The notes beneath the pieces are model-generated. The model was not told the DNA's origin and ran no database searches. It saw only the letters and a program-made list of their open reading frames with translations. A program made the translations under genes and the position numbers. A stretch of 58,118 nucleotides of DNA. It comes from a virus (taxonomy: Duplodnaviria; Caudoviricetes). The stretch covers positions 1 through 58,118 of IMG/VR virus record IMGVR_UViG_3300023272_000003; one strand, given 5' to 3'. Shown in pieces: positions 44,420-53,890 of the stretch (its first letter is position 1; each line of letters opens with the position of its first letter).

Positions 44420-44595
44420 GACTTCGCGGGCAAATACCGAGAGGGAAGGATCGTGTCACCACATACCTCTGTGATGGCTGAACCGTCTGGATTCCGATCA
44501 GGAGCCGTACAGCCTCCCTTTGCCTCTGGAGAGCCCAATTTGACGCCACAAGCAGAGCAGACGCCGTTATCCCAATACCACTGATGTTCTTTCAT
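44359..44595 (-). CDS. Cys-rich hypothetical protein
   Basis: AGGAGG RBS; C...GH.GPH. Confidence 0.55.
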   Translation of the reverse strand: MKEHQWYWDNGVCSACGVKLGSPEAKGGCTAPDRNPDGSAITEVCGDTILPSRYLPAKSCRLQKGHAGPHQNGCAEWR

Positions 44596-44606
44596 CGGTT
44601 CGCCTC

Positions 44607-44849
44607 CTATGGCCTGTAAGGCTTCTGTGTCGCCCTGAAAGCCGCGTACTCCGCATTGATCGGCGCTTGCTCCTCAGGGCTTCGGTAGCACCGCTTATCA
44701 GGCCCGTACGACACTCTGCCGCAGGTCTTGCATCGGAACATCTGCTTTCCAGACCCGGAGGCTTCTTCCGGCCAGGGGAGCGCCTCCCACTCACCGCTAT
44801 GGTGTGGTTCCTGTGCGGCTAACTCCATCAGGAATTCACGAATTGGCAT
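44607..44849 (-). CDS. hypothetical protein
   Basis: GGGAG RBS; CKTC. Confidence 0.5.
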   Translation of the reverse strand: MPIREFLMELAAQEPHHSGEWEALPWPEEASGSGKQMFRCKTCGRVSYGPDKRCYRSPEEQAPINAEYAAFRATQKPYRP

Positions 44850-45222
44850 CGTTCTCCCCTTCCCGCTCCCGCACAACCCGATACAGCGCCCGGAGCGCCT
44901 CGTCGGGAGTTGAGCCGTATCCCTTGCAGTGTGTCCGCACACATTTGGCAACGAACTCTCCAGGCTCCTCATTGAACGCGATACAAAGCCACTTCATGAA
45001 ATCATTGTTCAGTCTGTGGAAGCACCGCGTCATCTCCTCCACCGTCGGCGCGTCAGGCGGCAGCTCTTCCTTCGCCCGTTGGTAGCCGCGCTCCTCTGCC
45101 TGCCGGATAGCAATAGCGGCTGTCTCTACATTCTGCCGCCACGACCTGCCCAAGTTTCCACGCAGGACGCCTTCCGCGATCTCCTCCGGTGTCAACTGCT
45201 CATCACTCATGGCCTGCCTCAC
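44836..45222 (-). CDS. hypothetical protein
   Basis: Overlap-coupled; G.G.TP.EAL C-terminus. Confidence 0.6.
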   Translation of the reverse strand: MRQAMSDEQLTPEEIAEGVLRGNLGRSWRQNVETAAIAIRQAEERGYQRAKEELPPDAPTVEEMTRCFHRLNNDFMKWLCIAFNEEPGEFVAKCVRTHCKGYGSTPDEALRALYRVVREREGENDANS

Positions 45223-45424
45223 TGTTCTGTGTATCCCGTATCATGCGGCGCAGATAGTACTCAAACTGCTCCTTGTCTTCCCGGTACTTTTGCTCTGCCT
45301 CAGCCCGATCATGCTCCTCCTGAATGCGCCGCATCTCCCCCACACGAAATACCTTATCGATGCTAATACACACCATAATGCCGAACGTGACGCCGCCGAA
45401 GAACACGGCAAGATAGGTCATCAT
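45203..45424 (-). CDS. small membrane protein
   Basis: N-terminal TM; ATGA coupling. Confidence 0.55.
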   Translation of the reverse strand: MMTYLAVFFGGVTFGIMVCISIDKVFRVGEMRRIQEEHDRAEAEQKYREDKEQFEYYLRRMIRDTQNSEAGHE

Positions 45425-45624
45425 CTTTGGCGCTCCTGTTCTTTCTTCCGCCGGTATTCCCTCAGAGCCTGCAACGCATCCGCGCTCATGTTCCAAGCCG
45501 CATCTTCCCCGCTCTTTACCCAGAAGTCCAAAGCATTCGCCATCTGGTCAACGAGCGCGCGGGGCAAGGTCTCCATCGGAGTATGATCCTGACGGACGTA
45601 GGTAGGTGTTTTACTCAGATCCAT
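45421..45624 (-). CDS. hypothetical protein
   Basis: Coupled ORF. Confidence 0.55.
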   Translation of the reverse strand: MDLSKTPTYVRQDHTPMETLPRALVDQMANALDFWVKSGEDAAWNMSADALQALREYRRKKEQERQR

Positions 45625-46022
45625 CAGGTTGCTTCCTCACCTGACAGCGCGTTCCAATGTGCCACAGCGTCGTAAGTGCCTGCAAGAGAAATGTGCTCAT
45701 CGAAATCCTCTGTGAAGTACACTTTCCCCTGTTTAATCTTCTCGTCCATAGTTTCGCTCTCCTCTTCCGCGCCTTCCTCAAAAGTCGGCACCCTCAGCCC
45801 CTCGGCGCGCAACAGTGCCTCCACCAGCGCCACCTGCCCGCAGTCCTCCCCGTTGCAGACCCCGATTGCCTCCCGCGCCACTTCCTCCCAGGGCGTCTCA
45901 GGATCAGCACAGGTCTGTTCGTATGCCCAACGCTTCCCGGCCTCGATCAGCACCGCGTGCTCCCGCTCCAGAGCCTCACAGCGCAACTCCCAGTACTCCT
46001 GGTCGGATACGGCTCTGCTCAT
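45624..46022 (-). CDS. hypothetical protein
   Basis: AAGGAG RBS; coupled. Confidence 0.6.
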   Translation of the reverse strand: MSRAVSDQEYWELRCEALEREHAVLIEAGKRWAYEQTCADPETPWEEVAREAIGVCNGEDCGQVALVEALLRAEGLRVPTFEEGAEEESETMDEKIKQGKVYFTEDFDEHISLAGTYDAVAHWNALSGEEAT

Positions 46023-46387
46023 GCGCCACGCTCCTTTTCTGCCAGCAGGGAGAGGGCGGCGCGGGCCTTTGCTCCAGGTGCAGGCTCTCCCTCAGCCAGC
46101 GTCACCTCATCGTCGGTATCATCCCATATCGGCTTCAGAGGCTCGCACAATGCGCGCACGTAGCTCTGAGGCGCACCGTAGAACTCCAGCGCCTCCCGCA
46201 TGGCCTGGAACGTCGCGACGGGGAGGGTGACGGTCTGCATTGTGTCTCTGATGGGCGCAGCAACGAACGGAAGCGGCTTGCCCCCACAAATACACTCCCC
46301 CGGAACGTTCCCCCGCTTCTGGAGCGCATCAGACACCAATGCAGGGCAAAATATCGAATGGGTTATGTTCTCTGTCTCTCCGCTCAT
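46019..46387 (-). CDS. hypothetical protein
   Basis: GAGGA RBS; ATGA coupling. Confidence 0.55.
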   Translation of the reverse strand: MSGETENITHSIFCPALVSDALQKRGNVPGECICGGKPLPFVAAPIRDTMQTVTLPVATFQAMREALEFYGAPQSYVRALCEPLKPIWDDTDDEVTLAEGEPAPGAKARAALSLLAEKERGA

Positions 46388-46710
46388 CGCTGATCCTCGT
46401 ACTGCTTCGGCGCAGAGAACTCCCAATAGATGCCACTGGAGTCGCGTGGATCTTGGCCGCCCTGCCATCTGTCGGCCTCAGTGACGTTCCAAGCCTGCCG
46501 GAAGTGCCTCAGAACGATTCCGTAAACGGCGCTCCTTTCCGGTTCGAGTATGCCAATTCGCTTTTTAGATCCAAACGCCAGATTCTTCAGTTGGCTGTTG
46601 ATAGTCTCCACTAGCCTGCCTGCCCTGGCTTGCTCACTCATGTCCAACTTGTAAGCCTGCTCCGGTTTCACCACCGGCGGCAACTGAATGTCAAACGCTT
46701 CCGTCTTCAT
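46384..46710 (-). CDS. hypothetical protein
   Basis: AAGGTG RBS. Confidence 0.6.
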   Translation of the reverse strand: MKTEAFDIQLPPVVKPEQAYKLDMSEQARAGRLVETINSQLKNLAFGSKKRIGILEPERSAVYGIVLRHFRQAWNVTEADRWQGGQDPRDSSGIYWEFSAPKQYEDQR

Positions 46711-46726
46711 GCTCTCACCTTCCTAT

Positions 46727-47011
46727 CTAAGCGGGAACTGGGTTAAACCCAAACTTCGGCAAATCCCTCATAAGGGCTAGTTTCTCATGTGTCGCGTAGG
46801 GGTAAAAGGTAGCAACAGCCTTTTCATCCTCCCACTCGGAAAGGCTGAAAAGATAGGTTCTATCGCCGTCCCAATCCTCTGCCTTCAACAGCAGAGGATT
46901 GGGGAATGCCGTTGCATACCGCTTCTCCCAAATCTGGATTTCGGGTTCTGTCTCAGCCCCTCGAAAAAGGTGTATCTCAATTCGGAAAGTAATCTCTCTG
47001 TGTGCGCTCAT
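46727..47011 (-). CDS. hypothetical protein
   Basis: GGAGGTG RBS. Confidence 0.55.
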   Translation of the reverse strand: MSAHREITFRIEIHLFRGAETEPEIQIWEKRYATAFPNPLLLKAEDWDGDRTYLFSLSEWEDEKAVATFYPYATHEKLALMRDLPKFGFNPVPA

Positions 47012-47120
47012 GCTCTCACCTCCCTGCTCTGTCTTGGAGTGGATGCGGCTTTGGAAAGAAGGGGTTTCAAGGCAGGAGCATCCACACTCCTCCAAAGCCT
47101 GCATTTCCTACCTTGTGCCC

Positions 47121-47591
47121 TTATGCCGCTTTCGGCTCTTTACGCGCTTCCTGATACTGACTGAGTACCTTCGCGCAAGCCTCTTCCAAAGTCTGCCCAT
47201 TGGCGCTGTAGACCTGTTCAGGATGCTCGGAAGAGAAGTTGCCTGCCGGAATGCGGAACTCCACAAAGAACCGATGCTCCCATGTCTCAGTAGACCTTCC
47301 TGACCAGCCTTCGAAGGCTCCCTGCATGGTGATCTTTAGAAGGTCTTGCTTGCCGGAATACATTCCCTGCCGGAACGCTATCTGCATCAGTTCCTTCATG
47401 GCATCGAACGCATAGGGCTGATACCCTCCACGCTTTGCCTTGTAGCCATCCAGTAACAGCCGGATCGCGCCCCGCTGCTCTTCCGTCAAGGCAGCCATAT
47501 TGGCGAGTGCCCATGCAAGATATTCTTTCGGAACGTTGGTGATCGCCTGCCCTTTGTACTTCCCGAACGGAAACTTCAGTATGTCCGACAT
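47121..47591 (-). CDS. DUF3820-like (FGKYKG) domain protein
   Basis: FPFGKYKGQAITNVPKEYLAW; AGGAGG RBS. Confidence 0.7.
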   Translation of the reverse strand: MSDILKFPFGKYKGQAITNVPKEYLAWALANMAALTEEQRGAIRLLLDGYKAKRGGYQPYAFDAMKELMQIAFRQGMYSGKQDLLKITMQGAFEGWSGRSTETWEHRFFVEFRIPAGNFSSEHPEQVYSANGQTLEEACAKVLSQYQEARKEPKAA

Positions 47592-47905
47592 CAGATTACC
47601 TCCTAACTTAACACTGTTAATTGTCTTTACACCACTCAGAGAATAAATACCTAATGGGTCTAATGAGGACTTCTGCTTTTTTCTGCATTCCCTAGGGTGG
47701 GCAGCAGAGAGGCAGTGCGTCACGACAGGCCAGACGGTACCAAAACTCCCGTTTTCACGAGTTAACAGCTTGCCCTATGTGGGTTTGCCGTGCAGTTGGA
47801 GAAAGCTCCCGCCCGACGTGGTTCCCGTTACCACGCCCGAAGTCCTCAGAAGGCTCCTGTCGATTATCGGCCATTGCGCCCAGGCCGACCCGGTACGTAT
47901 TGAAA

Positions 47906-47977
47906 TGCCGTGGGCGGGACTCGAACCCGCGTTGCTCAGTAAACTACCGAGTGTCCTGACCACTAGACGACCACAGT
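47906..47977 (-). tRNA. degenerate tRNA (Glu/Asp-type body, GTT at anticodon position)
   Basis: 72-nt cloverleaf with GTCTAGTGGTCAGGAC D-arm and GGGTTCGAGTCCC T-arm; A33/T37, A1-C72 mismatch, no encoded CCA. Confidence 0.65.
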
Positions 47978-48008
47978 GCCAGTCTCTCCCGGCTGTCTCT
48001 CTCAAAGC

Positions 48009-48206
48009 CTAAGCCTTGCGGTCGTCGATGAGATCCGCAACGGTGCAGATCATCCTGCCCTGTTCCAAGTCCAAGACCTCCATGCTCGGATAGTCTATCG
48101 CCGCCATATATCTACCGGGCTGGGTAGAACCACCATCAGAAGGCGCGCCTTCAACCTCCATAGAAAAGAACACCTCAGACCTTTTAGGAATATCTAGCCA
48201 AGCCAT
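48009..48206 (-). CDS. hypothetical protein, paralog of 18..230
   Basis: Shared terminal motifs. Confidence 0.7.
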   Translation of the reverse strand: MAWLDIPKRSEVFFSMEVEGAPSDGGSTQPGRYMAAIDYPSMEVLDLEQGRMICTVADLIDDRKA

Positions 48207-48211
48207 CTCTC

Positions 48212-48556
48212 TTATCTCTCCTCCCGCGAGCCCTGCGCGGCCTCTGGTTCAGCTTTGGCGATAGCGGCGCGGCAGAGAGTACATCTCTCGCAGTTGCAGT
48301 CATCACAGCCATTCAGTGCGACCTTCAGAGCGTACAGTAGATCAGGGGCGGCCACCATCAGCAGAGCGTTCGCCTTTATTTCCTCATCGGTACGACCCCG
48401 GACACCGCCATCATCGCATCCTGAATTTGCCTCTGCTCGTGAACCGAACATTACGATTGACACGCTATCAGACCCATCGGGACCACCGTCTATTCCGGGC
48501 AGGTCGTCGCTATCAAAACTGACTAGTCTCCACGGCCCCGGCGTATGTTTACTCAT
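48212..48556 (-). CDS. phage HTPGPW-family hypothetical protein
   Basis: MSKHTPGPW...ANALLMVAAPDLLYAL. Confidence 0.75.
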   Translation of the reverse strand: MSKHTPGPWRLVSFDSDDLPGIDGGPDGSDSVSIVMFGSRAEANSGCDDGGVRGRTDEEIKANALLMVAAPDLLYALKVALNGCDDCNCERCTLCRAAIAKAEPEAAQGSREER

Positions 48557-48585
48557 TCGCGTTTCCCCCTATTTCAGATACTATC

Positions 48586-48615
48586 AGTATACCACGTTTG
48601 ACTACTTTTGACTAC
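48586..48615 (-). promoter_or_regulatory. internal early promoter with direct-repeat operator
   Basis: TGG-TATACT extended -10; TTTGACTAC twice (48597, 48607). Confidence 0.6.
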
Positions 48616-48691
48616 ATAGTGAAATATTCAACACTGCGTCAAAGCGTGTCAGAAGTGGTCAAGAAGAACGGTTTGCGTGTATAATTACCGC

Positions 48692-48889
48692 ATGACTACA
48701 CCCAACGACAACCGAATCCGCGTCACCGTCCGGGTCTTGCCCGAAACGTACGAACTCCTGAAGCAGATCGCTGCAGAGCAGTCCCGCACGGTCAATTTCC
48801 AGGTCGAACACTACATCAAGCAGGGCGTCAAGGCCGACACTGAGAAGGCTCAACCACAGGAGCAACGCCGCCGTCCTCAGCAGCAGTAG
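48692..48889 (+). CDS. Arc-like ribbon-helix-helix regulator
   Basis: RVTVRVLPETYELLKQIAAEQSRTVNFQV; TATAAT 6 nt upstream. Confidence 0.8.
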   Translation: MTTPNDNRIRVTVRVLPETYELLKQIAAEQSRTVNFQVEHYIKQGVKADTEKAQPQEQRRRPQQQ

Positions 48890-49043
48890 CCTCACGCCCC
48901 AACGCCTCCAGTTCGGCCAGGCGCTCCCGCTTCGCCACCAGCCGGGCCTCGGCCTCTGCGGTCAGGTGGGCCAGTTCCGCCAGCCGCGCCTCCCCGATCC
49001 TGACGGCAATGCGGGCATCTCGCAGGCGGGCGGTGAGGGTCAT
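48828..49043 (-). CDS. small coiled-coil protein
   Basis: ATGA coupled to helicase. Confidence 0.45.
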   Translation of the reverse strand: MTLTARLRDARIAVRIGEARLAELAHLTAEAEARLVAKRERLAELEALGREATAAEDGGVAPVVEPSQCRP

Positions 49044-50926
49044 GCGGCCTCCTGCTGTTGGTAAGATTTCGCCTCACGCTCTGCCTTCATGCGCTCCGCT
49101 CGATAGGCGATCCTGAGCGATGTCAGCTTGCCTTTCGCCTCCGCAAGCGTCATGCGCCGGATCTGCTCATTGCTCACGCCGCCCTGGTTAAGAATCCACC
49201 TGTCGAGAGGCTTCAAAGCGTGGAACGTGGCCGCTCGGTCTGCCGCGTCGGAGTGTTCCGCGATACGCCGGTTCGTCAGCACCGCGATCCGCTCCAGAAA
49301 GGGCGTTAAGGCTTCGTGTTTGTCCTTATCGAACCGGTACGCCTTATTGAACACATCGCTGCCGTCCGGCCCGGTGACGTAGACCGACCACCAGCCTCCC
49401 TCCAACTCCTGCAAATTGTTCGCGTAACCGGGTGTCCCTTTGGAGAGTGCATAACCGGTTTCAGTCGCCTTCCATACCTGCGCTGCTCTCTCTTGGGTGC
49501 GGATCTCTGACGTAGGCTCTCCCAGAGTAACGGTCGCCTTTCCAAAGCCCACCACCAGAGGAGCGATCACCTGCTCACGCTTCTTCCGCTCTACCTCTTC
49601 CGCTTCGCGCTGCTTCTCTTTCTCCTCCGCAAGCAACCGGCGCGCCTCCGTCAAATCCACGTCTTCAGCGGCTATATGGGCCGGCAGATCCAGCAGGTCA
49701 GGCAACTGCATCGGGTTGTGCTTGCCGCTGATGTCCTGGCACTCCAGCACCGTACAGAAAGGCTTATCGCTTGTCTCTATTGCCCAGCGCCGCTCCTCGG
49801 CGGTCTCCAGTCCGTCCACCAGCCCGGAAAGCGGCCTGCCGCCTCTCCCGATGCACTGGGTATAGAGCGACCATATATTCGTAGGCCGCGCCATGATGAT
49901 ACAGGAGCAGGCCGGAACGTCTACGCCCTCCGTCAGCGTCCCATAGTTCACCACCACCGGGAAGCGGCGCGCATTGAACTCTGCCAGGACGCGGAACCGC
50001 TCGCTGCTCTCTGTCGTCACCAGCGCCTTATGCGCAGGATCTTCAGGCTCTTTCGAGACGATGCACTCTGCATGGATTCCCGCCTGCCGCCACAACTCGG
50101 TTGAGTGTACGGCGTGTTCGACAGAGGCGCAGAACATAACCGTTTGCTGCCCCGGCGTCTCCTGCATCCATGCGTTGATAAGCAGGTTGGTGCGCTCTGC
50201 GTTGTCGATCTGATTGGCGAGATCCTTTTCCGCGAGGTCGCCGCGCTTGTCCAATTTCACCCGGCTGATGTCCGTATTCGTCTGCACCGGCTGCCACCGG
50301 AACGGCACGATCCAGCCGTCCCGCTGTGCCTGCTTCAGGCCGTAGGCGAAAACGTGTTTCTCAAAGATTGCCTCTGCCACATCCGCCGCCGTTGGTACGC
50401 CGTTGCGCTCGATCAGAGCAGGCGAACCGTCTACGTTGAACGCGTGAAGCGCCTGCCGGTCGCCGCGTTTGGGAGTGGCCGTCACTCCGATGTGGAACGC
50501 CTCCGGATAAACCGATTTGATTCCCTTGTGCGTATCGCTTCCACACCTGTGCGCCTCATCGTAGATCACCACGTCAGGCCGGAACCAGTAAAGACGAGAC
50601 GGGTTCTTGATCGTCATCAGTGAGCCGACCACCACGCGGCAGGAGTGCGGTGCCACAGCGACATTGATCTCTGGCGCAATGTCGAACTCATCCAGCCCAC
50701 AATGGCGCTGGAGGCTCCTGAGCGCCTGTCCTATGAGTTCCTGCGTGTGCGCCACAAACAGCACGCGTTTGCCGTGTAAGAGCGCATAGCGGGTCAACTC
50801 TGCAGCTACCGTGGTTTTCCCGGTCCCGGTCGCTTGCGTCACCAGTACGGATTTCCATCCCTGCGCCTGTGCCTCCACGACGGAGCAGAACGCCTGCTCC
50901 TGGTAGTACCGAAGCGTCTGCGTCAT
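49040..50926 (-). CDS. superfamily 2 DEAH helicase
   Basis: ATGTGKT, DEAH, TATP, LTEGVDVP, QCIGRGGR. Confidence 0.92.
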   Translation of the reverse strand: MTQTLRYYQEQAFCSVVEAQAQGWKSVLVTQATGTGKTTVAAELTRYALLHGKRVLFVAHTQELIGQALRSLQRHCGLDEFDIAPEINVAVAPHSCRVVVGSLMTIKNPSRLYWFRPDVVIYDEAHRCGSDTHKGIKSVYPEAFHIGVTATPKRGDRQALHAFNVDGSPALIERNGVPTAADVAEAIFEKHVFAYGLKQAQRDGWIVPFRWQPVQTNTDISRVKLDKRGDLAEKDLANQIDNAERTNLLINAWMQETPGQQTVMFCASVEHAVHSTELWRQAGIHAECIVSKEPEDPAHKALVTTESSERFRVLAEFNARRFPVVVNYGTLTEGVDVPACSCIIMARPTNIWSLYTQCIGRGGRPLSGLVDGLETAEERRWAIETSDKPFCTVLECQDISGKHNPMQLPDLLDLPAHIAAEDVDLTEARRLLAEEKEKQREAEEVERKKREQVIAPLVVGFGKATVTLGEPTSEIRTQERAAQVWKATETGYALSKGTPGYANNLQELEGGWWSVYVTGPDGSDVFNKAYRFDKDKHEALTPFLERIAVLTNRRIAEHSDAADRAATFHALKPLDRWILNQGGVSNEQIRRMTLAEAKGKLTSLRIAYRAERMKAEREAKSYQQQEAA

Positions 50927-51570
50927 GCCACCACCTCCGCGAAGAGATCCTGCTGAGGCATAAAGCAGTCGAGGAGCAACTGCGGCTTCAGCACCACAGG
51001 CACAGGCTCACCGTCTGCGACTTTGCAGATCGACTCCGACAAGTCCAACCCGTCCAACTCATTTCCGAGCGATACCCAGTTCTCCCGATAACGGCGCGCA
51101 AACAACTCGATATAGGGGCCGTCGTAGAGTTCCGCGAAGGTGTAAACGTCATCCGGCTTCGCGCTATGTGCGCCCTGTTTGGCGAGGATGATACCGGGTT
51201 GCCTCTCGAATGGTTCCGGCGCGCGAGGGTTGCCCTTTGTGCCGATCATGATGTACTCAGAGCAGGCGCGGGCATGGTAGCCGCAACCGATACGCGGAAG
51301 GCTGTCCTTTGATAGTTTCAGCCAGGGAACACCGGTTTTATACTCGAAGCCCCAAGCCTCCATTAAGGCAAGTCCTTCTGCCATTTTCGGCCACGTACAC
51401 CACATCAGCAGAACGCAGTCGTTAGCCGCAACGCACGCGACAGGTAGAATCTCCATCGATGCCGCCTCTGTGCAATCGTAGTGCGCATCAGGCGAACGCT
51501 TCCGTCCCATCGCGCCATACGTCCAGTACATCCAAGCCGGATCTGCAAGGATAACGCCGAATTTACTCAT
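50923..51570 (-). CDS. MT-A70 family adenine methyltransferase
   Basis: VILADPAW, HSAKP, IELFAR. Confidence 0.9.
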   Translation of the reverse strand: MSKFGVILADPAWMYWTYGAMGRKRSPDAHYDCTEAASMEILPVACVAANDCVLLMWCTWPKMAEGLALMEAWGFEYKTGVPWLKLSKDSLPRIGCGYHARACSEYIMIGTKGNPRAPEPFERQPGIILAKQGAHSAKPDDVYTFAELYDGPYIELFARRYRENWVSLGNELDGLDLSESICKVADGEPVPVVLKPQLLLDCFMPQQDLFAEVVA

Positions 51571-52442
51571 CGCTTCACCCCGAAAACCTGCGTTTCTCCT
51601 TCACATCTTGCGGCTTCGATGCGTTCAAAAGGCACGAAAACATTCAAGTCCCAGCCCTGCGCGTCTATCGTGGAAATCACATACCCGCCGCGTTGTTCGT
51701 CACGAATCGCCCATGTAGCTTCATATTCTGGTATTGCGTCAGAATCCTCCGTTTCAACCTCAACAGCAGAATTGGCCTGTTCCTGGCTCTCAGGAGGCGC
51801 TACGAAGCGCGAAGGCTCATAACGCGGCAGAACAGCGGGGGGAGGACTATTCGACTCGTTATTCTTTTGTGCCACATGTGGCACAAAATCAACAGGCACG
51901 GCGGCAGGGAGTTCAGGAACAACAGGGGGAACGTAAATCGCAGTCGGCTTCGGCAGGAACTGCTTGACGATGTTCTGCACCTGGTCAAACTTGACTTTGC
52001 CCTTCGATGTCAGGGAGTGGTGGAGTATTGCCTCATAACGCTCTGCGACGACCCGCTGCGTCTCAGCTGAAAGAGGCCGCAGTTCCGCTGCTACGCGGTG
52101 GGAAGGAATCTGCAGCGTGATGGCGTTCCTGTCCACCTGCTCTACCAGTGTCTCCCCACTGATGCAGGCGAGGTTGAGCGCCACAGCGACTTGCTCGAAC
52201 CAGTTGTACGCCGTTCTGCGCGGCACGCTCCGGTATTCGCAATACTCCTCGATGGACATATCGAGCGCCTTGTGCCCGCGAAGTCCGATGAACACGGTAA
52301 AGAGAATCGCGCTCAGGCTGTGCGTATTGGCGAACATCGCGTCAGCGACTTCGGCCTGCTCACGGTTCAGAAAGTACAGATCGTCGGTAAATACCTGATA
52401 GGGAATCAGTTCCTCGTTTGTGGTTTCGGTCGTCAATGTCAT
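51567..52442 (-). CDS. putative HTH DNA-binding protein
   Basis: SIEEYCEYRSVPRRTAYNW HTH-like; contains 24-bp DNA palindrome. Confidence 0.55.
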   Translation of the reverse strand: MTLTTETTNEELIPYQVFTDDLYFLNREQAEVADAMFANTHSLSAILFTVFIGLRGHKALDMSIEEYCEYRSVPRRTAYNWFEQVAVALNLACISGETLVEQVDRNAITLQIPSHRVAAELRPLSAETQRVVAERYEAILHHSLTSKGKVKFDQVQNIVKQFLPKPTAIYVPPVVPELPAAVPVDFVPHVAQKNNESNSPPPAVLPRYEPSRFVAPPESQEQANSAVEVETEDSDAIPEYEATWAIRDEQRGGYVISTIDAQGWDLNVFVPFERIEAARCEGETQVFGVKR

Positions 52443-52446
52443 TCTC

Positions 52447-52728
52447 CTAAAGTCGCTTGCTCTCTACCAGTGCGCAGAAGTGCCTCTGCACGTAGCGCTT
52501 GACACTCTCTGCGTCGGTAAACATCTTCGCGGCCTCTACCGCCGCGTCTACGTTCTCTTTGCGCCTCTGCGCCTCTACAGCGCGCTTTGCCTGCTCCATG
52601 CGGATGTTTTGCATGTGAAGGGCATAGACGCCCTGCCAGTGCTCTTCCCACGACGGCAACTCTTCCAGGGGGCCGACAAAGGCGTCACGCTCTTGGATCT
52701 GCTGCAACGCCTCCTCGAAGGTAATCAC
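52447..52728 (-). CDS. hypothetical protein
   Basis: AGGAGGTG RBS. Confidence 0.6.
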   Translation of the reverse strand: MITFEEALQQIQERDAFVGPLEELPSWEEHWQGVYALHMQNIRMEQAKRAVEAQRRKENVDAAVEAAKMFTDAESVKRYVQRHFCALVESKRL

Positions 52729-52738
52729 AGCCCACCTC

Positions 52739-53890
52739 CTAGCGGGTCATGGCGGCCACGGTGCTGCCACCAGCGGTGATGATCGGGCGCGGGCTATCGC
52801 TGTTGAGCAGTGTCAGGTTCGGCGCGCCAAATTCCGTATAATCGTCTTCTTCCCAGGGATTAGGCTCTTGGGGCGGTGGGGCGCTGGCTTCCATCGCTGC
52901 ATGGTGCGCCTCGATAGCAGCCGCCTCTTGTTCTATCTCTGGAGAAACAGGCTGTTCAACAGGAGGCGCAAGGGAAGCGATTGCAAGCCGCCAGAGTTCC
53001 GGGGGGCGGCGCGCCGCTGTCATATAGGTTTCTGCAGTCCATTTCGCCAGAGGTACATCGGAGACAAGCAGGGGGCGAATAGCGGAGAGCTTGCCCTGGT
53101 AGAGATATTCCCCGGCAACGGTTTTGAGTATGCCGACGGCCTCTTCTATGGTGGGAAGTGGTTCCGGGTCTTGCTCTGATTGCGCAGTGGTCGGAACAAA
53201 CTCGGCTTCGATGGTGGTGAGGTCTTCGATGTCCTGGGTATAGAACTCAGAGGCGTTTACGGCTACCAGCGTGGTTCCGATTAGCGCGCGCTTCTGTGCC
53301 ATTTTCTGAAACGTGTTCACCCCTTCGGCGGCATCAGGGTTCGCCATTTTGCCGACTTCCTGGTTTGTGATCTCAGGGTCATGTTTGGAAAACTTCGCCC
53401 CGCAACCGCCTTTTTTGTTGGCACAGTAGAAGCCCCCACCATATTCCTCTTTGCTCTTGGAGATAGCCGCCGCATCGCATCTAGGACAGCGGCGCTCGGT
53501 GTTGCGGTATCGGTATTTCGGTTCCCAGGAGTTGCAGGAGGCTTCTGTTTTTGCCATCAGTACGCCATCGCGGAAGAGAGAACAGGAGTAGACATAGTAG
53601 AAGAACGCTTCACCGCCGTGCGCTTCGCCTGTCCAGTCCTCCACGCATCTAACGAGGTCAAACACAGGCTGCAAGCCGAAGATCGTGCAGAGCTTTTCGG
53701 CCCCCGGCTTGTAGAGCGTGTTTTTGTTCGTGCCGGGAATCATGCCGTAGTCGAAGTCTTTCTGCATCAGTTCCGCGTTCTGGGAGACCTGCACCAGAAT
53801 CGCACGGCGGGCAATCATGTTTGCAATAGACATAGCGGGCATAAACAGATCCGCCGCCCCCGCTCTTATGGTCAATGCTTCTGCGCTCAT
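52739..53890 (-). CDS. putative single-strand annealing/recombination protein
   Basis: DYG.IPGT.K.TLYKPGAEKL and NT..KMAQKRA..FYTQDIED. Confidence 0.6.
   Translation of the reverse strand: MSAEALTIRAGAADLFMPAMSIANMIARRAILVQVSQNAELMQKDFDYGMIPGTNKNTLYKPGAEKLCTIFGLQPVFDLVRCVEDWTGEAHGGEAFFYYVYSCSLFRDGVLMAKTEASCNSWEPKYRYRNTERRCPRCDAAAISKSKEEYGGGFYCANKKGGCGAKFSKHDPEITNQEVGKMANPDAAEGVNTFQKMAQKRALIGTTLVAVNASEFYTQDIEDLTTIEAEFVPTTAQSEQDPEPLPTIEEAVGILKTVAGEYLYQGKLSAIRPLLVSDVPLAKWTAETYMTAARRPPELWRLAIASLAPPVEQPVSPEIEQEAAAIEAHHAAMEASAPPPQEPNPWEEDDYTEFGAPNLTLLNSDSPRPIITAGGSTVAAMTR

Noticed and set aside
49040-51570. Helicase plus methyltransferase as a type III restriction-modification system
   Set aside because: Helicase has no evident nuclease domain and MT-A70 is a common orphan phage methylase in replication modules.
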